A model generated the notes under the pieces. The model saw only the letters and a list, made by a program, of their open reading frames with translations, was not told the DNA's origin and made no database searches. Shown here piece by piece: positions 38,250 to 50,070 of a stretch of DNA of 64,000 nt. The stretch's first letter is position 1. Each line of letters opens with the position of its first letter. Both the position numbers and the translations under genes were made by a program. This stretch comes from Leucoraja erinacea (taxonomy: Eukaryota), in assembly GCF_028641065.1 (NCBI RefSeq), contig NC_073410.1, positions 6,448,001 through 6,512,000 on the forward strand, in the 5' to 3' direction.

Positions 38250-38417
38250 GACAAAGTCAGACCTGGAGCCAAAGCTACAACAGTAACTATTGGAACCCAA
38301 GTTATGGAAATTATAACTATGGCTATAACCAGAATTATGGTGGATATAGTGGCTATGACTACCCAGCATACAACTATGGCTATTATGGTTATGGACAGGG
38401 ATATGGTGATTATAACA
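38250..38417 (+). CDS. hnRNP D/AB-like exon 6 (GYN-rich low-complexity domain, frame-symmetric 168 nt)
   Basis: ttctag|[56 protein letters not shown]|gtaagt. Confidence 0.94.
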
Positions 38418-38859
38418 GTAAGTTTCAGTGACCAGGAGTCAATTCTCAATAGTTTACTTGACAAAATCCAGTAAGTAGTCCCATATTCTGTCAGTCTTCT
38501 GGGTTGCTGATCTTGGCTAATCTGAAGTAGAGAAATATTTTCAAAAAGAGTGGCAAAATGGAGAGTGGCTTGCTTTGTCTCTCTAGCAGGTGATTTGTTA
38601 GTCATTAATATTGAGTCACACCTACTCGGTATTTGTCTAGCTTGGAGAAGCCGACAGAGAACGTAGTTTTATCCCCCAAACTGTTGCCTGGATGATTGCT
38701 TACTAGGGAGACAATTGGATTTTGCAGAATCTGGTGTTAGATCATCTGCACTTGGACAGTGGCAGGTATAAATTAAGGACTTGTTTATCTTTTTATTTTT
38801 TTTGATAATTACATCGCTTCCTAACGCACTCGGCATCCAATTAAATGCTTTTTTTTGCA

Positions 38860-39185
38860 GTATAGTTAGTGTAATAGAGACAACTCAAGCAATTTGTGCA
38901 CAAATAACAATGCATTAAATAACTTGATCATCCCTTTTAGATGTGTTCTGAGGAATTATTTGGCTGGGCCACTGGGGAAACTCACTCAGTTTATGTCATT
39001 ATATATCCACCTGAGGGCAGTTACGGCCATCATTTAATTTCTGATCCAAACGACCGAGTCTCTGACGGTAGCATAATTTCTTTATTGTGTTGGGAGTTCC
39101 ATCTTAAATTTTATGCTCAATCCCTTGGGCTTGAACTCACAGCTTTGATTCTGAGGTGAAATTAACCACCTGAGCCATGGCTGAT
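38860..39185 (-). mobile_element. Old Deu-domain SINE (SacSINE1-like); related remnants near 18050, 27100, 37970 and 40420
   Basis: atccacctgagggcag...gcttgaactcacag..ttctgaggtga..ctgagccatggctga resembles the recalled shark Deu-SINE consensus. Confidence 0.5.
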
Positions 39186-40688
39186 GCCTTCAAGTGGGAC
39201 TGGTCTTTACATTTCCTTGGACACGGAGGTTATTGTTTAAGGTTTTTACCCTAGGTCAGCATTATACCAGATCCTTTGATGGACATATACTTGCAGACAG
39301 CTGAGAATACGATTAGGATTTGGTACATACATTAGAACAGTGATAACTTTGGCAAGGCCTGGGTATTTGTCAAGCAACAAGAGAATTAGATGCCCTCTTC
39401 CGAGCCGTTAAAGGACCCAGTGTGCATTTTTTTGATAGCATCCTCTGTCCAGGAAAGTTTGTAGTATTCCATAAATAACTCCTATTTTGTTATAGTGCCT
39501 TTTCTTACCACAAAATCAGAAAATCTTACTATTCCAGATTGATCTGGTGAAAATGAGAGATCTTGTTAATAATTATGTTCCCATAAGAAAAGGAATGCTA
39601 TAATGAGACAAATGAAAACCCCAAAATTGACTAGATATCCATCCAAATTTGATTGATGAATAGAACTGATATGATACCCATTCAAGGGTAAAATTGGGCA
39701 TCTCATTCAGTGTGTTTTATATTTAAATAGGATATATCTTCAGCCTAAGAACAATGTTTGTATGATGCCTTGTTAGAGCACGACCCAATGCTATCTTTGT
39801 TCACACCTCCTAAAAACAACCAGTGGATGTTGGTTGGATGAATTTTAACGTGAAATTTAATTTGAATGAAAGTACCTGCTGCTGTTGGCACTACTCTGCT
39901 GTTTAAAGTGTATTTGTATATTTATATTTGATTTCAACTTCCACGAAGAACTCGTACAGGATAGAATGTATGCCAATTTAATCTGAAGGGAATTTGGCTT
40001 TGATCCATACTTCTGTGTGATCAGGAGAAGCTGATACTTCCATGCTGTGAAGTATAAATGAAACCTCTGACATTGTAAAACTGCTACTGTATTTGATAAA
40101 GGAACAAAAACTTGATGCAAGTCTGTCTGTTTTTAAATTAGCTGCGTGGAAAGTTGCAACTTGCAGTGTGCATATTAATTAAAGCTATGTCAAAGAACTG
40201 ACTTGTAATAGCAATATTTTAGCTAGCTGTCCTAAAACACTCCTCAACCAACTACTTCCGAAATGAAGTTACTGTTGCGTAGATAAACTCATCCACTTTA
40301 TGCACAGCATGCCATCAACAACATAAAATGAATGGTCGTGGTTTGTTTTTTGTGCCAGTTGTGGAGTATCGTGAGCTGCTGGTTTCTTGGAATAGTACGA
40401 GAGAATCTTCTAGATTATACGCTGCCTCTGCTTAACATCTCATTTGAAGCATGGCACCTTTATCACTGCATAATTCAGCGCTGTACTGTAACAATCAACC
40501 TGGATTTTGCATTCCAATCTGATTAGGAGCTTGGAACCCACTGGTTCCTTACTGGAGATGAGGTTGCTACCAGCTGAGCCAAACTGACACTTCTGGCAAA
40601 GGTTTTGGCTGAACAACAGTTTAGTTCAAAAGGTAGTCAACAGCTGAAGAGTTGACAAATCCTTTTCTTCAACTAATTTTATTTTCAG

Positions 40689-40759
40689 GTCAACCAGGCA
40701 CCTATGGTAAAGCTCCTAGGAGAGGAGGAAGTGGCCAAACTCAGTATAGGCCTTATTAG
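40689..40759 (+). CDS. hnRNP D/AB-like last coding exon (PY-NLS-like C-terminus); exon continues to a donor after 40794
   Basis: tttcag|SQPGTYGKAPRRGGSGQTQYRPY* (TAG 40757-40759); CAAG|gtaaag 35 nt after the stop. Confidence 0.93.
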
Positions 40760-42850
40760 ATGACTTGACTGTTCCGAAGCTCTCCAGGAACAAGGTAAAG
40801 CTATGTTTCTTGGGTACTTGAGGCCACATTGCACATGTAGAATTAAAAAGCTGGTTCAATATTTTCTGAAATTGCCCTTATATTAAGCCTTTGCCGGTAC
40901 CCTAAAATCATAAACTCCACAGTTCATCTGAAACCTTCACTGTCCACTAACTTGTGCATACATCACCGCGTCTGTAATGTAATTTTTTTTTTAATGGCTA
41001 ACAGTTGATGGTAAGCTACCTACGTTTTGCAATATTAAATTCAACTTCGGAGTCTTAAACTGTTGCTGTGATGCAATGCCAAATGTGCTTGATTGCTATC
41101 CATGAACAATAAATTAGGCACATAGATTTAAAATTGTTAGATGTATTAGATGTGAGAAGCGGATAGCATTAGTCATTAGGTCACTACCCAAAAAATAGAA
41201 GTACAGGTTTATAGCATTATGTTAAATTAAATTAGATTAATTGGTTCTTTCACATTGCACAGGTATAAGGCCAATGGGATTCATTCTGTGCCATAAATGC
41301 CTGATCTCTTGAGTTGAAAAACAAGAAGAACCTTTTATGATAGATGTAAAAACTCAGCTTATTGAGGTTACATAGTACAATTTAGACTTGGATTTCATGG
41401 ACCCAAATCCTCCTTTCTTAGTCATTGAATTATAGCTGCATTTTTAAATGAATAGCATTAAAATGATGTACGTGAGACTAATTTCAGAGTTTGTAGGAGA
41501 GCGTGTAGTTTATAAATTGGTTCGTGGATCTGGCTGTTTGCGAGAGTGGGTTGTGGAGTAATGAGAGGACAACATGCCACGCTCCAATCCATTGTAATTT
41601 TAAGGCTACCACTGATGACGTACTGCTCTATATTGAATTAGTATGGCAGAAATGACAATTCAAATCATCATGTAAGTACTTATTTTTGGGGCGGAAGCAT
41701 TTCACTGGACAACCTAGAAGTAAAACTAGTGTTCTGAAATGGGCAGTACTTATCGGATTGTGAGATTATATAATGTCATCAATTGCTTTGGTGTGTACTA
41801 TTAACTTGACAATTTGTCACCAGATTGAACTAGCTCTTTAATTTCTGTGCTTAATATAATCTAGATTCATGAATTGCCTATTTTTATGCTGCAGATATGT
41901 AATTATTCTAAGTATTAAATATGGGTATAACTTTTTTTACTCTTACTCCCATTTAGCTTTGAATTTTTGCATAACTAGTTACAGCAGTAAATTGTGTAAG
42001 GATAACCTAGAGATATTTGAACACTTAATGAGTAAAAGATCTCAGGTAATGTACCATAATGGGTTTTAAGAACATCAGAGCAACAGCCTGATAAGAATTC
42101 TACCAGTCTAATTCTGACTTGTACCGTTATGTTTGTACCTGCCAGTGGGAACTTCATTGCAGGCCATGTCACCATGACCACACGATTCGTACAAGCCTGC
42201 ACATTGTGGACAGAATTCGAGATGCCCTGTGGTATGGTCTCTTCCAACCTTCTGTCTCACCATAAAGATTAAAGACAGTTTAAAAAAAAAACTCTAATTA
42301 TACACTTTCATTCACGCAGACATTGTTTTTCCTTTTTAGATAAAATTATGTAGTCATATTTTCTTTACAGGCTCAAGTTAAGTGGTAATATAGCCATGAC
42401 CTCCTGTTTCTTCAATGGATAAAGCCGTTCTTACAAAAGTGCTTTCTTTTAGTAGTGTGTAATTTGGTAATGTACTACCAATTGCTAAATAATGCTTGCT
42501 TTTTTCTTTCTATAGCTCAGTAGTGATGCGTGACTGATGTCTGTAATGTTAATGGACTTGTATATTTTTACAGCATCTGCAGTGTGTGATTATAGTTAAT
42601 ATATTGTAAATGCAGTTGGCATAACAACTGAAGGCTGGGCCCAAGAGCATGGAGGACTTGGGTAATTCCTTTGAAGATAACTACCAATCAAACAAAAATA
42701 TAGTTTTGCTCATCAAACTAATTCTTCTAATCCAATATTGATAAAACAGTAAACATGACTCGGCCAGCCCAGTACTTCACATGGTTACTGTCTGCTTCTA
42801 CAAAGCTGAGGTAAAAGCTTAACCTTGTGGTTGTCCCTTCTGTTTTTCAG

Positions 42851-43225
42851 GCGGCGGCAAATATAATAACAAGAGGGAATAGACATCTTTTGAAATCCTT
42901 TAAGTGAAGAAATCGGTCACAGATTTTTTTTGCATTATGGGCAGTGTTGAATTTGGACTTTTTACTTTTCCTTTGTATTTTTTCTTTTTAAATGCAAGTA
43001 ATACTTGACTGTGACATTGTTTTGTAAAGGGGACAAAAGTTCTTGTGTAAAGTTTTTAAACTAATATAATGTACCACCATTTAGTTTTACTGCTGGTGAG
43101 CACATCGTGGATCAGTGTGGCAGATGTAAGGGGAAAATGTGTTTTTTGTTGTATGAGCTCTGTGAAATATTTCCATTTGTAACTCCTCCTGCGTGATTAA
43201 ATAAAACGTTTGTACATGTTCTTGG
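42851..43225 (+). other. Probable terminal 3'UTR exon of the hnRNP gene
   Basis: Strong acceptor cccttctgtttttcag|; U-rich UTR; AATAAA at 43200-43205; a 3'UTR intron is typical of HNRNPD/HNRNPDL. Confidence 0.65.
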
Positions 43226-43504
43226 CATCTCTACTACAGTCCTTTATCTATCTATATATATTGAAAAAAAAATCAAAGCTTTGCCAACTTTGTGGAAGTG
43301 ATCAAAGTTAATAGCATTTAAGTTTTTCTACAGCATTGCTGTTGGATTGTATTGTAAGAACATTTTAACTTAATTTTTTTCTTGGAATTTCTTTAAGACC
43401 TCACTTGATCTAATTGAAATGGCATTTAATGCAGGAATGTTACTTTCATAAATTAATGGGGTAAAATTTGATGGGGGTGCAGAGATGGTGACTTTGGATT
43501 GTCA

Positions 43505-43775
43505 ATGGAAGCAGAGTTAATTAATTGGCAATCGGAAGATCGTGCAAGTCTGAGCAGAGGTGTTCAGCGAAACGATCGCAGAGTACTCCGTCTAGCCAAT
43601 ATATAGGATTCCACACCTGGAACAGCGGATACAGTAGATTAAGTTGGAGGAGGTGCAAGTGAATCTCTGCTTCATCCTCACCCCATTTCCTTCTCTCCAG
43701 AGATGCTGCCTGACTCGCTGTTACTCCAGTACTTTGTGTGTTGTATAAACCATATCTGCAGTTCCTTCCTACGCA
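43505..43775 (-). mobile_element. Penelope GIY-YIG fragment joined to an inverted terminal repeat
   Basis: Minus strand KQRFTCTSSNLIYCIRCSRCGILYIG*...DRFAEHL. Confidence 0.82.
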
Positions 43776-44259
43776 TTACTCTTGAGAACTTTGACTTTTC
43801 TGTGATATGTTAGCTGCATTTCTAGGGGAAGAGCAGATGGAGTCAGTGGGGTGAAATGCAGTGCACTTGAAGTGCATATAGAATTGCCGATGTTGGTTCC
43901 AGCATCTGCAGTTCCTTCCTACATATTTTGTCTGCTCCACTGCAAAATCTCCTCACGGTATGCCTACTTTGAAGTTCTCCGCTCTCCATTGAGAGTCATG
44001 CAACATCCTCGTCTGCTCCCTCTCTGTGGTATGAAAAGAGTCTTGACCTGAAATGTCCAATGTTCTTCACTCTCTCTTCAGAGATGCTGCCTATCCTGCT
44101 CAGTTACTCCAGCATTTTGTGCCTATTTTCTGAAGTGCAGATGGAGTCAGTGATGGTGAATCTGTGACATTCTTTGCCGCAGAAGGCTGGAGGCCGCAGG
44201 GTATTTTTAAGACAAAGATAGATAGATTCTTGATTAGTACAGGTGTCCGTGGTTCTGCG

Positions 44260-46085
44260 GAGAAGGGCATCCCTGGAGGAGTTTCGGGAACTAAGGAGCA
44301 AACTAAAAAAGATCAGAAGGGCAAAAGGGGGCCAGGAGAGGGCTCGAGCGGGTAGCATAAAAGACAATCCCAGAATATTTTATAAATACACTAGGAGGAA
44401 AAGGGTAACTAGAGAGAGAGAGTGGGACTTCTCAGGAATAAAAGTGGTCACCTCTGTGTGGAGCCACAGATGGGCAAGGTCCTCAATGTGCATTTACTGA
44501 GGAGAAAGACAGTAGGACATAGGAAATTGGAGCAGTCACTGGAAGTGTCATGAGAGCATTCAGGGTTACCGTCGAAGAAGTACTGAAGGTACTGTCGTGT
44601 TTGAAGGTAGACAAATCTCTGGGGCCTATTCAGATATATCCGAGGAGATTGCGGGAGCCCTGGTTGAAATTTATGAGTCGTTGTTAAATACAGAGCGATG
44701 CCAGGATTAGAGGGTGACAAATGTTGTACCTCTTTTCAAGAAGGGCTGCAGGGAAAATGCTGGAAACTATAGGCCGGTGAGCTTAACATCTGTAGTTGGT
44801 ACGTTACTGGAGAGTATTCCGAGGGATAGGAGTTACAGGCATTTGGATGGGCAAGGGCTGATTAGGGACACTCAGCACGGTTTTGTACATGGGAGGTCAT
44901 GTCTCACAAATCTGATTTTTTTTGAAGATGTGAGCAGAAAAGTTGATGAAGGCAGAGCAGTAGATGTGTACATCGACTTTAAGGCATTCAACAAGGTGCT
45001 GCATGGTAGGCTGCTCTGGAAGGTTAGATCTCATGCGATTGAAGGAGAGCTAGCTGAATGGATAGCAAAGTGTCTCCATGGAAGGAAGCAGAGGGTGATG
45101 GTGGAAGGTTGCTTCTCAGAATGGAGGCCTATGACTAGTGATGTGCCACAGGTTTCGGTGCTGGGCCCATTACTGTTTGTCATCTACATCAATGATTTGG
45201 ATGAGAACATACAGGGCAAGATTAGCAAGTTTGCTGATGATTAGTGGTTTTGCAGATAGTGAAGATGGTTGTGATCAATTGCAGCAGGATTGACCAGGTG
45301 GGCGGAGGAATGGTTGATGGAATTTAATACAGAGAAGTGTGAGGTGTTGCATTTTGGGATGTCGAACAAGGGCAGGACTTAATGGACAAGGGCAGGGTAA
45401 ATGGCAGGCCTCTGGGTAGTGTAGAGCAGAGGTCTAGGAGTACAAGTGCATGGTTTCATGAAGGTTGAGTCGCAGGTAGATAAGGAGGTCAAACAGGCTT
45501 TTGGCACTTTGGCCTTCATCAGTCAAAGTATTGAGTAGTTTAGTTGGGAGGTCATGTTGCAGTTGTATAAAACATTGATGAGACCGCATTTAGAATATTG
45601 TGTTCATCTGGGAACCATGTTATAGGAAAGATATTGTCCAGCTTGAAAAGGTTCAGAAAAGATTTAAGAGGATGTTGCCAGGACTGGTGGGTGTGAGCTA
45701 TGGGGAGAGGTTGAGTAGGCTGGGTGTATATTCCAAGGTGTGTAGGATGGTGAGGGGTGATCTTAGAAGTATACACAATCGTGAGAGGAATAGATAGGGG
45801 AGATGCACAGTCTTTTGTCCCGAGTAGGGGAATCGAGGACCAGAGGGCATGGGTTCAAGGTGAAGGGGAAAAGATTTAACAGGAATCGGAGGAGTAACTT
45901 TTTCCGCACAGAGGGTGGTGGGTGCATGGAACAAGCTGCCAGAGGAGGTAGTTGTGGCTGGGACTATCCCATTGTTTAAGAAACAGTTGGTAGACAAAAG
46001 TGCTGGAGAAACTCAGCGGGTGCAGCAGCATCCACGGAGCGAAGGAAATAGGCAACGTTTCGGGACCGAAACCCTTCAGACTGAT

Positions 46086-46121
<36 letters not shown>

Positions 46122-46565
46122 GGGAGGAGAAAAGGAAAAGGAGGAGCCCGAGGGCTGAGGGAGAGCTAAGAAGGGGAGGATACAGCAAGGGCTACCGGAA
46201 ATTGGAGAAGTCTATGTTTATGCCGCTAGGGTACAAACTGCCCAAGCGGAATATGAGGTGCTGCTTCTCCAATTTCCGGTGGTGCTCACTCTGGCCATGG
46301 AGGATGCCCAAGTCGGAAAGGTCGGATTCGGAATGGGAGGGGGAATTGAAGGGCTGAGCCACATGGATATCAGGTTGGTTAATACGGACTGAGTGTAGGT
46401 GTTGGGCGAAGCGATCGCGAAGCCTAAGCATGGTCAGGTACATGGAGAGGACAGGTTTGGAGGGTTATGGACCAAGCACAGGCAAGGGGGTTGAGGGTAG
46501 CTGGGACATGATTGGGCGAGTTGGGCTGAAGGGCCTGTTTCCACACTATTACGCTACGACTCTTA
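44260..46565 (+). mobile_element. CR1/HER1-like LINE RT region and 3' end, interrupted by a Penelope fragment at about 45990-46436
   Basis: NVVPLFKKG..NYRPVSLTSVVG..QHGF..RSCLTNL..KAFNKV..VPQVSVLGPLLFVIYINDLD..SKFADD. Confidence 0.93.
45990..46436 (-). mobile_element. Penelope-like 3' fragment (GIY-YIG C-terminus plus hammerhead-bearing repeat) nested in CR1
   Basis: RLRDRFAQHLHSVR...VAQPFNSPSHS..RKLEKQHLIFRLGSLYPSGINIDFSNFR*; CTGAAGGGTTTCGGTCCCGAAACGTT at 46079-46054. Confidence 0.88.
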
Positions 46566-47319
46566 AGGCAGTAATTTGGGGTTAGGAGGGAGAGATACAT
46601 ACATCAGCCATGATTGAATGCCGGAGTCGACTTGATGGGCCGAATGGTCCAATTCTGCTCCTATCACTTTCGTTGTCTAAATGATGGGCCGAATGGTCCA
46701 ATACTGCTCTTATCACTTATGGACAGGAGCGATGTGGACCAAATGCAAGCTTTTTCCATTGAGAGTAGGGAAGATTCAAACAAGAGGACATGACTTCAGA
46801 ATTAAGGGACAGAAGTTTAGGGGTAACATGAGGGGGAACTTCTTTACTCGGAGAGTGGTAGCGGTGTGGAATGAGCTTCCAGGGGGAAGTGGTGGAGGGA
46901 GGTTCGATTTTATCATTTAAAAATAAATTGGATAGGTATATGTATGGGAAAGGAATGGAGGGTTGTGGTCTGAGTGCAGGTAGATGGGACTAGGGGGGAA
47001 TAAGTGTTCGACACGGACTAGAAGGGCTGAGATGGCCTGTTTCCGTGGTTATATACAATATACAATATATGCAAGGGTTTATTTGTCACATTGCACAAAA
47101 AGTGCAAGTGAAATGATACGTCAGCAGCGATACAATGATAAAGGGCACACACAAAACCACAATAAATTTTTAACATAAACATCCACTACAGCATTCATCA
47201 CTGTGGTGGAAGGCACACAATTTGGCCAGTCCTCCTCCATTTAGGTGGGTCTAGTGAAGCTGGGACATGTTGGCCAGTGTGGGCAAGTTGGGCCGAAGGG
47301 CCTGTTTCATTCTATGACC

Positions 47320-47470
47320 GTATGACGTAAGCTGGGGGCAGCAGCCACGTGACCCCAGCACCATTAGCCCCACCCCCCATGGGGCGTGGCCACCCGCTCT
47401 GCATCACGTGGGGCCATGACGCAGACCGGCTGGTCATGTGACCCGTAGTCGGAGGCAAGATGGCGGAGGT
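47320..47470 (+). promoter_or_regulatory. BLOC1S2 promoter with clustered CLEAR/E-box, M-box, CRE-like and YY1-like motifs
   Basis: TGACGTAA 47323, CCACGTGAC 47345, TCACGTGG 47404, TGACGCA 47417, GGTCATGTGACC 47432, CAAGATGGCGG over the ATG; CpG-rich. Confidence 0.75.
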
Positions 47471-47589
47471 GGAGCCGCGTCCGTTGAGCGATGCCGGTGC
47501 AGGCCCAGCGCATGGGGTCGGCACGGCCGGCAACGGGCACGGGGATGCGGGGGAGCAGGAGGTGGCGGGGGGCGGAGGCAAGAGGACCG
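47460..47589 (+). CDS. BLOC1S2: BLOC-1 subunit 2, exon 1
   Basis: aagATGG start in a CpG island; MAEVEPRPLSDAGAG...GKRT then G|gtaagc; phase 1 joins exon 2. Confidence 0.85.
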
Positions 47590-48344
47590 GTAAGCAGCTG
47601 GAGCCGGTTAGTTATCTCTCCGCCCGGTCTCTCTCTGCCCGGGGTTGCCATGATCATATTGAATGGCGGTGCAGGCTCGAAGGGCCGAATGGCCTACTCC
47701 TGCACCCAGCAATTTTGTGTACCTTCGGCCTACTCCTGCACCTATTTTCCATGTTTCTATGTTGGTTCCCTCTCCCCTTGTCCCATGCACCGGGGAGGAG
47801 ACAGCAACGCAGCGTTGCATGGAACTAAAACAAATGCCGGGGACCGCTCGGTCTGTAGTCCCATTGCCTGCAACACCACACGCACTATAAAAACAACAAT
47901 GGCTGCTTTACAATATATTTACCAGTGATTTCCAGGGCATAACTGGTAAACAGTTATTTCCAGGCGTTAAAATAACTAAATCTAATCCTCCTACCAGTTA
48001 ATGTTGAGTTGCTAATTATATGCAACGGGAAATGTAGCTGGTTGGAAGTATTTTGTTCACTGGACCGTTCATCTTCCAAATTCAGACTTGCGCAACATCC
48101 ATTTGCTCAACATTCAAGCAAATACTGTTCCTTGTGTTAACATTTTCAAGTCCCATTCTAAAGATCCATGCAGAAATTTTGGCTGAAATTACATGGCATA
48201 ATATGAAGCAACTCGCTGTTTAATGTGGACATATACTCTACCCATGTAAAACCACAAGGGAATTCACCTTGCTGCTCGGTCATTATTTGTTTCTTGATTA
48301 ACATTATGGAAACAAACATCTGGGTATATTTACATTATCGTGTG

Positions 48345-48490
48345 TGGGGCAGCACAGCTGGAAGAGCTGTTGCCTCACAGTGCCAGAGACTATGTTCGAT
48401 CCAGACCTCAGGTGCTGACTGCATGAAGATTGCATGTTCTCCCTGAGACTGGGTGGGTATCCTTCAAGTGCTCCTGTTTCCTCTAGTTTC
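48345..48490 (+). mobile_element. V-SINE fragment in BLOC1S2 intron 1
   Basis: ggggcagcacagctggaagagctgttgcctcacagtgccagagac..gttcgatcc. Confidence 0.7.
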
Positions 48491-48795
48491 ACACCAATCT
48501 TTTCAAGTCAGAATTTATTATCTATGAAATTAAAAATCCATTTACATATGTTAAATAATAAAATACGAAATGCACATTAAACCTTTTGACTACCACCACA
48601 GTTTTATATAAAATACCAACGTGGAGGACTACACGTTTGTTTCTCCAACAACTGTACGTTTCCAAAGATGACTTATGATTGGAAATTTTCTAATTTGGAT
48701 TAAAAAAAATAAAAATTGTGGATCTTGGTTCTATTCTCTTATCACCTCCACATTTTGAGTCAATGGGTTTACTCGTTATATATTTTCTCTGACAG

Positions 48796-48912
48796 ATGAT
48801 TTTGGAGTGGAGACAGCAGAGGAAGCTACAGAACCTTCAGAACCAGACATAAATGAACTCTGTAAGGAGATGTTTACAAAAATGTCCGTCTATCTGCAAG
48901 GAGAGCTTACAG
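48796..48912 (+). CDS. BLOC1S2: BLOC-1 subunit 2, exon 2
   Basis: gacag|DDFGVETAEEATEPSEPDINELCKEMFTKMSVYLQGELT|gtcagt. Confidence 0.96.
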
Positions 48913-49950
48913 GTCAGTTGGTGGTTGGTTTTGCAGTGATTAAAATCCACAGCTGACCTCTGCAACTTGAGCAGTGTATGTCATGTTTCACACCATTGTA
49001 ATCATCCTTTGCACATTTCCAGGATAAGCTTTTTTAGAAACAACTGGATTTTTTGTCTTGTTGCATTTGGGATTGTTGCATTAGAAGCAGTCTGCATAAT
49101 TCAGTGCATTGCAAAAGTAAATACTTTTGAAATGATTTTGACATTAATCTGAAGTTATAATATCAAGGTGACATCGTACATCTTTAAGATGCTTCTGCTG
49201 GTCAATAATGTACTGATTTATCCTGCTTGATGTAAACTGAGCTATTTTCTGAGAAAACTAGTGCAGTAAAATTACATTTCCATTTGCCTTTATTATAGAA
49301 ACGAGGTAATGTCATTTTAGTATAAAAACAAGAGGAATTAACTGGAACACAAGAATCAGTTGAGGGAACCAAATAAATTAGTAACGTGTATGGGAAGGGC
49401 TGGGTGAAGAATTAAAACAGTTGAAAGATGTGACCATTATATGGTATAGTACATGATTGTGAAGATTGAGAATAAGGAGAGGGTAGTCGAGTGAAGGAAG
49501 TGAAAGGTGAAGTCTAAATGATTCATTTGCATTATTTTGTGGGTATGGGTGGTGGGAGAGAGTGTGTGTTCAAGGAGCTGGTATGTTGACTGAGGGATAA
49601 TGGAAGAACAAAATAAACACATTAATGTGAAAGGGTAAAATTATGACTGGATGTATTTATTAACAGAAAATACCAGGTTCTTGAAGACAGCTAACTGGTT
49701 CCTTTTTTAAAAAAAATTGAATGTTGCAGTAAAATAATGTAATGCTTGTTAATATGAATAATGAGTTCATGTAGGTTGATGAACTGTGTTTGTAATCAAT
49801 CTGACAACTTCAATTTGAAGGTAAACATTGTCAGCATCACTTTAGGTTGAGCATGAAAACTTACACCTATTGCTATCTTTAACAGACTATTGCACATTGC
49901 AGAAATAACTGATCACTGAGTTATTGATGTATGCCAAACTGTTTACTTAG

Positions 49951-50070
49951 CTACCTGTGAAGATTACAAACTATTGGAGAACATGAACAAAGTGACTGGC
50001 CTTAAGTACCTTGAGATGAAGGAGATCGCTGTTAATATTAATCGCAACCTCAAAGATCTAAATCAGAAAT
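49951..50070 (+). CDS. BLOC1S2: BLOC-1 subunit 2, exon 3
   Basis: cttag|ATCEDYKLLENMNKVTGLKYLEMKEIAVNINRNLKDLNQK|gtgagt. Confidence 0.97.

Noticed and set aside
36508-42850. Intronic snoRNAs in the hnRNP gene
   Set aside because: Scattered TGATGA/CTGA words but no convincing C/D pair with terminal stem or H/ACA fold by eye; an Infernal/Rfam scan would be needed.
44714-45244. 176-aa reverse transcriptase ORF as an active or domesticated gene
   Set aside because: Stop directly after FADD and decayed flanks; a dead CR1 copy.
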